A DNA stretch of 63,686 nucleotides, the filler included, from Choristocarpus tenellus KU-1152 (lineage: Eukaryota > Protista > Phaeophyceae), in the NCBI GenBank assembly GCA_964200185.2. It is 14 parts of 14 records of this genome, joined end to end, with 100 filler letters (N's around TTAATTAATTAA, not from the genome) between each part and the next. Parts side by side here need not be neighbours in the genome. Positions count along the whole stretch, not along the records: positions 36,570 to 39,685 come from CAXNAD020022209.1; positions 39,786 to 44,762 come from CAXNAD020012300.1; positions 44,863 to 49,448 come from CAXNAD020013897.1; 11 more parts are not named here. One strand, written 5' to 3'. The notes beneath the pieces were generated by a model, which was given only the letters and a program-made list of their open reading frames with translations, was not told the DNA's origin and did no database searches. A program made the position numbers and the translations under genes. This document shows, one piece after another, positions 36,847-49,430 of this stretch. The stretch's first letter is position 1; each line of letters opens with the position of its first letter.

Positions 36847-38659
36847 CTGGAGTTGGAGGAGGAAAAACGTATCGCTGCAGAAATGGCACTCAACCGACTC
36901 CGCAAAAAGGCGACAGAGCGTCGTCGTCGAGCCAGTATTTCAAGGCCTTCCTCTCCTTCAGACAGTGTGGGGGGCGATGAGAGCGTTCAAAATGGAAAGG
37001 GCTCAACCCGTGTGACTTCCCGGTCACCTCGTGGGGGAGACGACCCTGAGTGCAGCAGTAATCCAGCCTCATCTGGCCGAGCAAGACGCCCAAGCATTCT
37101 TCAGGTGAGGATATGGTGGAAAAGGATAGGGGAATTGTGAATGGAAGTGAGAGGTGGGGGTAGGGGATCACTCCTTACTGTACTTGGAAAATATTTACTC
37201 GCAGAGGGACCTAATTTAGTTGGTGGAGAGCTAGACACAGGAAGATATGAAATCTTTTCTTGGATACATGGCTCCCGAATTGGATGCAGTTTCAGCACCT
37301 GGGACCCAAAGAATTTAAGAGGGTAGGAGTTTTGCCCTGCTTGTCCGGTCAGGGCTTGGCTTCCCACTGGTTTTTTATGCCTTTTTTGGTTTTATGTGTG
37401 AACACAGTTACCTACTCCGAAATGTTTAGGAAAATGTATATGCTTATGAAAGGTGTGTCCGGAGCAAGGATATTGAAACTTGCAAACAAACACGATAGCC
37501 AAAATTCATCAAATCGCAACATTGGATTTAGGACCCCGAATGGATACAGCCCTACCCTCTTAAATGCATTGGGGCCTGGGCGTCGTCAAGTCCTCCCTCC
37601 CTCTCTTGCATTGGTTTAGAAGAGTTCTGTTCTGTGGGGTTAATTTCCCTCCTGGTGACCGGTGGCACATTTCCACCATGTGATGATTACCAAGTAACAT
37701 GCAGTTTCCTTGCCCTACTAGTGTTTCCCAAAAGGGTGGTCTCTTCCTACACTTCTCTATATCAATCATCCAAGGTTAAGTTGGCCCAGGATAGATTGGA
37801 TTTTCCCGTTGTGCCAAACCTTGACAGAGCAAGGTATGCATTGAAATACACAATAGTTCTTCCTCTACTTCTAACCCTTAATCCTGTTCCAAATCTTGAA
37901 TGGGGTAAAACAGCGCCTTGGCAGCTTGGCGTCAAACTCCCTCTCTGGCAAGAACAGGAGCAAGTCAACATCGCCATTATCATCCCAAAATGGAGGAACT
38001 GGTGGTTCGGGCATGTCCCTGCCAGGCTCCCCTCATGACTTGCCAAAGTCTCGTTTCGGGAAACAAGGTAGTGGCATTGACGTGGCCGTGGCCGCAGCTT
38101 TGAAGGCAGCACAAGCATTGGAGGCAAAAGAAAAGAAGAACCAAATTGGTGCAGAAGAACCTTCTCCTGTGTCCCCATCTGCAGTGAGGGGTCCAACGGG
38201 TCCACCAAAAGTATCCCTTGCTCGACCCAAGGTAATGATAGGATGGGAAGTCATTGAATAAATTCATAAATCAAATCTGTATCCCAATGCAGAACGGGAC
38301 ACCAATGAGCCTCAGGGTTTCCTCCCTAACACCATTTGCTAGGTATTTCAAAACTCTTCCCCTGCCCTACATCCAGATCTCTTCTTCTGTGAGTTGGTCC
38401 CTATGTGAGTTGGTCCCTATCAAAGAAGATGCACTCTTTAGGAGGTCCTCCCTCCACAGTTGTATTGTCCAAACAAATACATGACCATCCAACTCTGCCC
38501 CTTCTCTTCCTACTCTTCCGACCAAAGGAGGTTAGCAACTACATCAACAATCCAGCACTCCGCAGACGAGCCTCCATGCATAAGGATAACCATGATAGAT
38601 CTAGGGAACCATCGCCCGTGAATTCGGCTACTGTTGAACTAAGGCCATCCGTCCGCAAG
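36847..38659 (+). CDS. Unknown Ser/Pro/Arg-rich protein, at least 3 internal exons
   Basis: Phase-0 exons 36847-37104, 37914-38231 and 38528-38659, each AG/GT-bounded and stop-free. A possible further exon lies at ~39555-39685. Confidence 0.65.
37303..37575 (-). mobile_element. MITE family A copy (reverse orientation, intronic)
   Basis: GACCCAAAGAATTTAAGAGGGTAG ... CTACCCTCTTAAATGCATTGGGGC; 3-bp TSD CTG or TGG (1-nt boundary ambiguity). Confidence 0.87.
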
Positions 38660-41399
38660 GTGAGTCTATTGCGTTGTTCTCTAGAGAGTAATGTTGTGCC
38701 CATGTAAATGCAGGAGGTGTATACCATGCTGCTTGTGCTCTTTCTATGATCGTTGAAATTCAGAGTACTTTTATGACAACAGCAAGGTGTATGCTCTATC
38801 GACCGCCTTTTGGTGAAATTTGAAAGGAAAGTCAAACCCTTTCAATGTATTGATACAGCATAGGAGCTGGACAAAATGAGGTGTGAAGGAGAGCACAGAG
38901 AAGAATATCACAGGCAACGCTTGGAACATTTCCATCGAAGCTCTGTCTCCTTATTGGAGTCCAACCTATTTTGTAATCCTGTGTTGTCATGTCTAAGTGG
39001 CAGAGACATAATTTCTTGTTTTAAACATGACCTCGTCGGACTGACCCACAGTCACCCCCAAACACCTTCCTCTAGGAATTTCCCGGTGTTTGCCAACCCT
39101 CCTCGGACATGGCCGACCTGGGTGTTGAAGGGATGGCACCCCTACCCCATCCCCGCAGAAGTGGACAGAGTATCTCCCCAAGGTCTGGTAACCTTGGCAA
39201 CCTTTTTGCATACTACTGGATCTTTTGTTCAGTAGGCATGATATGAATCAATAGAGTGATTGTGATCTGGCACCTTTTCATCGTTGAGCAGCCCTTTCCT
39301 TCACCCAAGACATGTGTCGAGAATGAATGGATGTGGCACACATTTTCTTACTTACAGGATGTGTTTGGATCTTGAGTTTAGAATGTTAAACAAAATAGCA
39401 CATGCACTAGTATACTGCTTCAGGGTGCCCTCAAAATACTTTCAATATCCACAGTACCTGGAAACCACTTGCCCCCTCCCCTCATTAGGACCCTAAGCCC
39501 ATTCACCCATTTCCCCCATACCATTGTAATTCCCTTCCTATTTGTGCATTCAAGAACCTCATGATACATGCCTGCCACCTTGCCTTCCTAGGCCATGTAC
39601 TGATCCTGGGGCTCCTAGCCCTCGGCCCCCCAGCCCACCGTCTAGGGGTCGCAGCAGGTCCTCGATTTCTCCAGGGGGGGGACATNNNNNNNNNNNNNNN
39701 NNNNNNNNNNNNNNNNNNNNNNNNNNNNNTTAATTAATTAANNNNNNNNNNNNNNNNNNNNNNNNNNNNNNNNNNNNNNNNNNNNGTCAAGGTCACTTCC
39801 AAATCGTAGCGGTGCCCTCCACAAGCACCGAAATATTTTTGACCAATAATATATACGCACTTCCCGGCACCATTCTGGGTCTTGCCCATCCTCAATAAAA
39901 GCTCCATCCTCAATTTTGATGATCGGCTGTTAATAGTAAATATATTGTGTTTTTATGTATTATCGTGATATTTCGTCTGTCTCCAACCCAACAATAAAAC
40001 TATCTTCTAAATGGGAAGAGGCATAAAGCATACCACAAAGAGAAAGTTGACATATTTTGCACATTATGTATTGATTCTGCAGTTTGATGTTATCTTCTAC
40101 ACACTGATCTGTCAATGAGTCACAACAAAATTGTTAGTAGGAAACGTTACACAAAAGGCGTTATTTGTTTGCCGGTCCAATAGAACGGCCTCTATGCCAC
40201 ATTCAACCACTAGGTAGCATACAATTCTTCCTCAAATTGAGATTTTATAATAATAATGGAAAGAGTCTTAATAATTGGTCCTTGTGGGTTGATATACTGT
40301 CCCCTATTACATTCAGCCTTAAATCTCGATGCTGCACTACAAAAACTTGATGACTCGCCTGGTATATGCTTGGCATGAGATACACGAGAGTATATTTTGT
40401 TGAGGAAGAAAACCTCTCTCAATGCAAGAAAGGGGCAATGCTGCTACATTTTAGTGGACTTCGAATTACCTCGTTCTTGCTTTCTTTAGAGAACAACTCA
40501 GACAGACACGTTGTTCTGAACGTTTTTTCAATGGTAGTTGCATGGCATATCTTTATAAAAAGGGAATTGCGACAAACTATCATCTGCACATGGAATTACC
40601 TGAGTAAGGTGTATGTTTTATGTATGAGAATTATGCGTGAGATAGTCATAACAGGATTAGCTTACAGATGCCTTCTAAATATATCTGAACCAGCTTGTAC
40701 AGACTGGGTGTCCCTGATTATCTGGGACTCCTGCGACTACCATCTGGTGCATATGCTTCTAGCACTTAGGAGGGATGAAATTTCGTCTCGACTCCTACAA
40801 CCACGCCTCCTAAGGGAGTAAGCTGTACGCCAGGCATGGGAAATGGGGTGTCAGGCAGAAGATGTGAAAAAATTCACATACCCAAGACGGTGTAAATAGA
40901 CCCCCCTCTAAAATAGAATGACTCAAAGTTTCGAAAACTATGGAGCGGTTGAGAAGAGTTTTGAAAAGCTCTACAATATTCCCCCTAAATCCTCACTATA
41001 TTTCTCACTTATTCTGCCACATGCGAGTAAAACCGTTCTTGGGAATAAAAATCCGTCAACAATTTTTTGAAAATAGGTTGCGCCCAGATTAGGATATAGA
41101 ACTAACTCATCAAAGGAGAGATTCCCCTGTTCTGGAAAATGAAACATAAGAAAAAAGACAGAAAATGAAGAAAAATATTTGTGGGGAAGTCATTGAAAGT
41201 GACCATTTATGAAGTTCAAATAAAAGAAAAACACAGATGTTAATTTGGAGGTCGGTTCTTGAAATGCCTCAAATACGCATTAACACCAGATCCACGATGT
41301 AAGATCCCACATTTCATCACTAGGACAGTTCTCGAGAAACGGGTGCCAGACGGGTTTTACCTCTCAACAACATCCCTGACTCTCCTTGAACCATTCCGA

Positions 41400-44300
41400 T
41401 TCATCCTACAATGACCTGTAGTCACCCACTTGACGTTCTGGAGTGGTACTGGTCCGATGTCGTGTTATATCGTTTAATCTGTGCATACTAGTAGCTATAG
41501 TCCATCCAGTACAATACTGCCAGATTCGCCCTCCACATATCCATTCCTCCTGGAAATCTGTATTGCTACAGACAATAATCAACACATTGTTGCGAGAACT
41601 TGCTCTTTGTCCATGGGATGTTCTTTCCCACGGGATGCAATGTTTGCTAAACCACATTTAAAAATATTTCAAGGTAGCAAAATATAATCGATCATTATGG
41701 CACCTTGCTTTAGGAGAGTATAATCTCCATAAAAGTGTAAGAAATTAGAGCCACTCCATCCATAAGCACCAACCTCCAGGAGGACATTGAAGTCCACCTA
41801 AGTTGGGGATGTTTCATATCCTTGTGAAACATGAGGTGTTCATTAATATTTCTCACTTAGCAAGCAAAGTAGTGTCCTCGTTGAGCAACTGCTTATCTTG
41901 GTACTTCTGGGCATCATTGGTACATTTCTTCTTCGATCACTCTCTACTTCCAAAATCTTCTCCAAGCTCCAGAAGAACGGATAGATCCAGAAATAATTTA
42001 GCACTTTGGACAGGAATAGCACAGCGAGTATTTAGCAGGTGGGTGGGTGCAAAACCGTTTTGTATGAGACTTGATTACTCTTTGTTCAGTTGTCACGTTT
42101 GTTAAAACTTGTCGACACCATGTACTGCTAATCCCCTTCCTATCACTTGCAGTGATAGCAATGATACTCCAATATACACTCAATTTCCTACCAAATCATG
42201 GACAAGACTAAGGGAGGCACGCATCTGATGGTGGTTGAAGGGACCTTCTTGACTTGCTCATACAGAACAAATTCTTGAAATAACTTTGGTTGTCCTCCAC
42301 ATGTTTACTGACCCCCTGGACACGATTGCCCTTCCAGCTTGTGACAGCAACTCAGGAAGGTAGAGTGCACCTCACTTAGTAGTCCTGAAATAGTTCTCTA
42401 CAGAGAGCTATATCAGCCTCACTCAAAAGCTGCTCTTCTTACTATAGTAAGGACGCAGACCAACCATGATGAATCCCACAACATCTGCAGCACTGGTCTC
42501 CCATCATGGAAAGACTTCATCAACTATTGCACAAATCAGGCATGAGAGCTATCTTCAAAGTCCTTCCTTCGTTGGCTGCCTACGACTCCCTGCAAACTGT
42601 TCGCAATGCAGAAATTTAACGCAGAGATGAAAAACCTTTTGGTCCTTGTCTCCCAACACTATTAGGTAGGTCGATTTCATTGAGGGGAGGCAGAGGTGAC
42701 TGGGCATTCCAAAATAATGTCAATTGTGTACCCAGGATTACCATTCCCATCCTTGTATCTGGTGTGGTCACTCAAAACAGAAGAACAAAAGCGAGTAAGC
42801 ATCCAGAAGAATTTGCAATCTCAGCGTACATTTGTACACTTCACAACAAGGTCTGGCCCTCCTTGGTTTGTAGTCATGCTAGTCTTTCAGTGTTGCATCA
42901 TTTTGCTATGTTTTGACAACTGTAACTATGGACGTTGAGAAATTTTAACAGTGTCAGTTACCTTCACTTCATATAAATAGCAGTCCAGATATTTGCGTGA
43001 CATGTGATACTTCCCAATTTCACTCTACACTCACAGAAAGTTCCACACTTAGTTAGCCTGGGAGGGAGGGGGAGGTCCGTGCTTCATGAATTTGAGAACC
43101 ATGTGCTCCCTCACAGTCTTTACACCCAATTGATCAAGGTCATCATGACCTTTGAAATAGTGAACACAAAACAATTCGGAGCAACACCATACCCCGTCTG
43201 CCCATATCAACTACACAATTCAGTCCAGCCTCTGATCACCCTTAACGACTTGTGGGTATACAGTCAGATCCTTTAGGATCCATAGCTACCTGCTGCTTGG
43301 TTGATGATAATGATGGAAGACAGTGCATGCAATGGCTGTAGACGAAACTATTCGAAATCTTAATAGTCTCACCACAAAAAGGTGTGATTCACATCAGAGT
43401 CTTCATAAAAGCAACCTGCACAGGTGACTGAATCACCAATCCTAACTATTGTAGCTCATACTCCAAACACATATCCATCCACGTACTATATTAATATCTT
43501 CCAATTAAGCTCCTCCCTCTCCCTCCTTCCAACACACACCATGATGAAGTCATACTGACCCACAAAAACAAACACCATGACTTGCAAAAGTCATCCACCT
43601 GAGTGATCAAACTCACAACTTACGCCCCACAGCAAACAGCACTCTCTGACCCACTTGGGTCCACGCAAAATACACAAAAGCTACCTCTACAGAGAAGCTC
43701 ACCGACTGCCATCAGGTGCAATCAGCCCTTGATTTCAACAACACCCAAGCTCTCCCGCCCACCCTCACCCACTGCCCTTCCCCTCCCTATTTGCACGCCG
43801 CTGGCTTCTACCGCCAACAATCCCCCTTGGCCCCCTCTCTTCCCCACCCCTTCCAACACGACCTCCCCATTCCACATTGCCCCCTCCTCCCCACTCTCCC
43901 TGAACCCCCTGCCCAAAAGATGAACTTCCCTGCCCTCCTTGTAATGGATACCCACCCCCAGACACCCTCCTTCCAACCCCATCATAGCCGACTGTGCCCC
44001 GTCCCTTACGCCGCCCCCGACCGCGTCCGTCCCTTCCCCTCCCTCCCCCCCGCCCAAGGGCACTTCTTCCCCTTCCCCTCCCTCGTCCCCTTGCCCGTCC
44101 TCTACCCCCTTCCCCTCGACTCGCTCTGTATTCACTGCGAGTGGGACGCTTTTCTGGAATTGGCAGGGGAGCCAGCCCTTCCAAACCCAGGGCCTGGTAC
44201 AGTAGTAGAACCATGCGAAGAACGATATCAAGGAGGGGGGAAGGGCGTGATGGATTGTTTGTAAGTTGGGAGGGGAAGTCACAACTGGGCAAAGAAGATT
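41400..44300 (-). mobile_element. Heavily decayed retroelement(s), possibly DIRS/Ngaro (tyrosine-recombinase) type
   Basis: Minus-strand remnants VDPSG (~43660) and IL.YVDGYVFG (~43480, YVDD-like RT motif), with many stops. No recombinase motif identified. Confidence 0.3.
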
Positions 44301-44681
44301 GGTATTGCACAAAGGTGATGCAGGGAGTCAGTTGTTGGTGATCGGGAGGTGAAAAAAATGAAAATTTGAGGGAGAGGAGACGTAGACGACAACCTTAACC
44401 CACTCGTCAATCTTTGACTATAATCAAGTAAATGAACATCAACCAAAAATATCGGATTCTCAGGGAGCAACATATAGACACCTCCTAAATGTTTGACAAT
44501 GAACAGATCTCGAGAATACTTGTGTCAAAACCAAAAATTTCACACTAAATACACTGATTGGCTAAAGATAAAATATTTTGTCAGGCAAAGTCTTTGCTCA
44601 GGCAGGGACCACATGGACAATGGACGAAGCAGATGCCATCAGCTGGTGATGCAGAAGGAGGCAAAAAGGTCACAACACAAA

Positions 44682-44717
<36 letters not shown>

Positions 44718-45339
44718 ACACAAACCCCCCCCTCTCCCTCCCCCCTCCCCCCCCCCTCGCACNNNNNNNNNNNNNNNNNNNNNNNNNNNNNNNNNNNNNN
44801 NNNNNNTTAATTAATTAANNNNNNNNNNNNNNNNNNNNNNNNNNNNNNNNNNNNNNNNNNNNCGCGACATGAAAAATTGACCCCAAATGGACAGCCGCCA
44901 CACTCTCCCAGATACTTTGAACCACGCAATTTCCACAAGAACATCTTTCTGTGCAGGCCATTATGTGACCAGTCAGAGTATTTCCATTTGTAAATACAAT
45001 GTAACGTAAAGGTGACTTGTGGTGGTGGGAGTGAAGCTTCATATATATAGTTGACCTGGCTGTGTCCTCCCTTCCATATTACCAGGGATGTCTCCTTCTA
45101 TTTAACCTGTGGATGGGAGTACTGGGCGTTATTTTGAGAAGTGTCCCTATATCATCTGGATATTCAATCTGTCTATGCATTATCTACTATTAGTATGTGG
45201 CCTTTCATCAATGGCTAAACCTCTTTTGTTTCAATTACTCCCATACTTCAATATTGGCCTTGGCTAGCTTCTTTCCCTATCGTGAAAAGTCTCTCGATCC
45301 TACTGCTGCACTCTATTCATCTCTGACCCCCCCCCCCAA

Positions 45340-45490
45340 TAGCCTGTAGTTTCCACAATATATCCGATTCTTCTCTTGTGGAGCACCATGATTACCGCAT
45401 CCTTCCAAACCTGTGGCACAAATTCCCGGTCCCACAAAACCAACACAATCTTGTGGAAACCTGGAAGGATAGTCTCATCCTCCTCCAGGT
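45340..45490 (-). mobile_element. RTE-like LINE reverse-transcriptase fragment
   Basis: ETILPGFHKIVLVLWDREFVPQVWKDAVIMVLHKRR, then by frameshift CGNYR; this is the RT-upstream motif VPQ.WKDA.I.VLHKK.DR..CGNYRGISL. Confidence 0.8.
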
Positions 45491-48400
45491 AAAGATTTTC
45501 TGTCACACCAATTGAGACCCTTCCAATTTACCATGCGTGAAGTTTGCGAAATTTTCTTTAATTTAATCGCACCTCATGGACGTTTTCTGTTTAGACGACA
45601 CATTCCTAGTAAGTTATTATTGTTCTTACTATTGTTGCGGTTATTAATTATATTATTGTTGTCTTACATTAGTGTGGGGATTATCTCCACTCATGGTTAA
45701 ATGTACTAGCTATTTTTTCGTTGTTATCATTAGTATTGATATTGTCTTACTGTTCCACTATAACTGATCGTACTGTCTCCGTTCCTGGCTTGCTTCTCGC
45801 TCATTGGGGTCTGCATTCCCGAATATCTCAATACGTGGCCAAAGGCTCTAAAGGGTCAAAGTCTAAGGCTCTATCTAAGGTGTGTAAGGTCTAAGGTTCT
45901 CACTCGTTGGGGTCTGCACTCCCACCACTTGTTCTGTCACCTCCCCTGAATCTCGTGCTGGACCACTCGAAGTTTCAGTCTTGATGGCATTCCAGTGTTT
46001 TTGTGGTAAAGCAACACACAGGATAGTTCAGGTAGGTTCATAATCCGTTCTCCTATTTCCATGTATTTCCATGGAAGATCTGTTATCGAACGCATGCGAA
46101 CCTGCGTATTTCAAGCACAGATTATTCGCATTACTGCTTAACAAAGACAACCCTTCGAACGAATGAAGCCATGACAGAACCCGGTCTAATTTGAGTTATT
46201 AAAAAAGCGAAATTGTAGGTATTGAATTGTTGTTTTGACTACACTATAAATATCCAAAAGCAAAATAATTTTAATATTTTATTGCTAAATTCCACATCTT
46301 ATGATTTTTATTAGAAAAGAACCATTTTCTCACTAGTTGCTAATACTTACGTGGATTTCGAGGGTTCGAAAGTCTCTGACCACATAGTTATTTCTATAAA
46401 GACATTTTTATGATGGTTAGGGGGGGGTTGTATGAGGGTTGAGTTGTACTATAGTGTTGTACTTTACCTTTCACTTCTAGGGATATTTTTCATTTTTACG
46501 ACCTCTACTTTTTTAGGGGAATCAGAGATCGAAACTATATGTCAAGAATTAGTAGTCTCTTTATAATTATGTCATCTGACATTTTGTAGATGTGTCAGGG
46601 GAAAAACCAATGAAAACTATTTTTTAAGTAAAAAACTCAAAGAAAATAACAGTTAACTGTTGTCATAAATGTGAAAGAAATGTATCTATTTGCTATTTTA
46701 CTACCAGCTATGTTGCACCACTGCCTTCCTGTGCCTCCAACCTAGGTTAGTCCTGCACCCCAGGGTGAGGACCTACATAGGGAACCATCCCAAAAATTTA
46801 ACAAGCCCCTCCTTGCCCATCTCCCTGGTGTCTCCAGGTCAAAACGCATGACACTTCTAGATAGAGCTACTTCCGTTGTGACGGAGACTCTTACTATTAT
46901 TGTGTGGATAGAATATAGTAGGATGTAGTTATGAAACACTGTGAACACGATTATTAGTGGATGAGTGGGACATTTTGGAGATATGTGAAGGGAAAAAGAG
47001 ACGAAAAAAACTAGGGTCTAAAGTACAGCAACTTTTTAGAGGGTGGTACTTTAGAAAGACTTCGTTCAATTCAAAAAATAACTGGGCTACACACAAACTC
47101 ATTGTTACTAATTATCTGCCACTTTTATGGATTGAAAATGATCCAAATTCTACAAAAAAATGTTATACAGTACAATAGATGATCTATTGTATTATTATAT
47201 GGATTATTGTATTATAATTGGATCACTTTTTCCAATATTGAAACTACTGTCAGCCAAATACAAACATTGAAACAGAAGTAGTGGTACATACTCACAAATA
47301 GATACAGGTCTATTCGATATTTGATTGTTTGAGAATTTGGGACTTGATATGCATAATGTCAGCAGGCCCAAAAAAAAACATATTGTTCGAATACCCTTTT
47401 TCCAGGATAGAGGGATAAAATGACCACTCCCTCAAAAATGCAACGCCAACAACGTGTCATCTGAAGCACCGACCAGACCATCCATTCTACTCTCATCATA
47501 AACACGCTTTGTTTTCAGGAGTCCCTGTTCTTACAACTCTGTAAAGGATTTCGTCGACCCTGGTGGTCAAGTGGTACCTAAGACTTAGCAGGAGTCTTCC
47601 TGCCGATGCCCCAGGAAGCCTGTCTGGAACTGCCCTTTGCGGGAAAGGATCGTCCGACTTTCTGTGGGGTGTGAGGACCTATCCCTGGCGACGTGAGAGG
47701 CAACATCAAATGGATGACGTGAGATTCAATTGGATACACATATGAATTTCTTGGTTGAACTAGAGCATTGATGCAAAGTGAAAGAGGTATTCGAGGAGAC
47801 GGATGTCGTTGAATTTGCACTACTCCGACTTCAATAGCAGTACTTGGAGCAATGGCCAAGGGTCTTTACCCTTGTATGGATATTCCTCATACATTTTTCC
47901 TCTGTTACTGGATTTGTGCAATGGAGAACTGATATGCCATTCTTTGTAAACCTTTTAACTCAGGCGTTGGGAGCATCGCAAAGGAGGACGACTGACAGGG
48001 ATCGAGTACAATTAGCAACCTTTTCGGATGATCCGTTAAAGGCAGTCGGTCATGGATTCGAGTGGTATGGGTACAGCACGGTGAGAAGAAGGGGCTGCCG
48101 TCAGTGCTAGGTTACTATAACTTCTCTGCTATGTACAATGTGTTCTAGAATCGATAGCAGCATCATGTCCTCAACATACAACCTGGGCCCTGTTTATCTA
48201 CATGCCTCCCATGACGTCGTGCCTTAATGCTCTACCAACCTGATCTTTAGTTTCAGATTCATTACAAAAAATAATACGCAGAGTGCACGCCAAAAGTTGT
48301 TGCCAATCGCTCCTTACCCGAATGTAGTCCTGTTGATGGTGCACGATTGTTCCAAACCCCAGTCTAATCTATGTAGGTTAGATGAGCGGTACATGGTAAG

Positions 48401-49387
48401 TAATTGGTGGTGTTGTGCCCCATAACAATGTTTGGAAGTATTTTGACACCGATAGCTGGATTGCCTGGCGTAACAATCTGCGGGAGATTTTCGATTTCAA
48501 TAAATAGCCTTTTACGCAGTTCTGCTTTGAAGACCCTCTGCACCAGCGAGTATGAGTATAGATACAGTACTGTACCATCTGGTGATGTCAGTATGGAGTG
48601 CTCTCTCATTGCACAGTTTGCGACAGATTGTTATTCTAATGCCACCCAAACGCCTGAATCGAAAGGTCAAGGTCAGAGAGTGATTCCAGCGTTACTCTCC
48701 TTGGACATTAGTTTGCCAGTGTAGACTCAGACAATAGTTTCTCCTTCCTAGGTTATTACACAGGAGCAGGTCTCCCCTGTGTCCACATCACCCAATATCC
48801 TATGCTATGATACACAGGATTGCTCTTAGCATTGTGAGAATTAAGAGCATACGGAAGTACACACTCACTCACCCCAATGCACTATGCAGAGATGCGATAT
48901 ATCAAAGAGAGGAATCAATAATCACTCCCACATCCCCTCCTGCGGTATGCCCTGCTGCGCAACCACCTTCAGAACCTCCAGCAAAATGAGCAGCAACCAT
49001 CATCTATGAAAGTGGAGGAGATCAACGAGATGGTTGGACCACAACCAGTGGGCAATGTTCTTAACCATGGGCTTTTGGGGTGAGAGGATCAAAGTTCCTT
49101 CACGGAAAAACCTCAAATATGCTTCTTTTTCTGTCTTTCATGACACATACACATTTCTCAGTGCCAGCAGATTTTTCTCCCATTTTTTTTTTATCGTAGG
49201 TCTTCTGGTAGGACTGCTTGTGCTCCCTCACTACGGTGGGGGTTACAAATGACACCTAAGAAATTAACAGTGGATTTTTTTTGCATTGCAATTGTGGGCT
49301 CGTGTTAAATTTTGAACTGTCACAATGACTAAGGTGAACAGCCTGCTTTGGCTCAGCTTCTACCCCTACCATTTTCGATCATTCACC

Positions 49388-49430
<43 letters not shown>

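Noticed and set aside
43603-44341. Overlapping long ORFs in several frames (RG-rich, P-rich)
   Set aside because: A purine/pyrimidine-skewed low-complexity tract that lacks stops by composition; no recognisable domain.
47500-48990. Exon-like segments on both strands
   Set aside because: In-frame stops and no consistent spliced model or recognisable homology; left unannotated.
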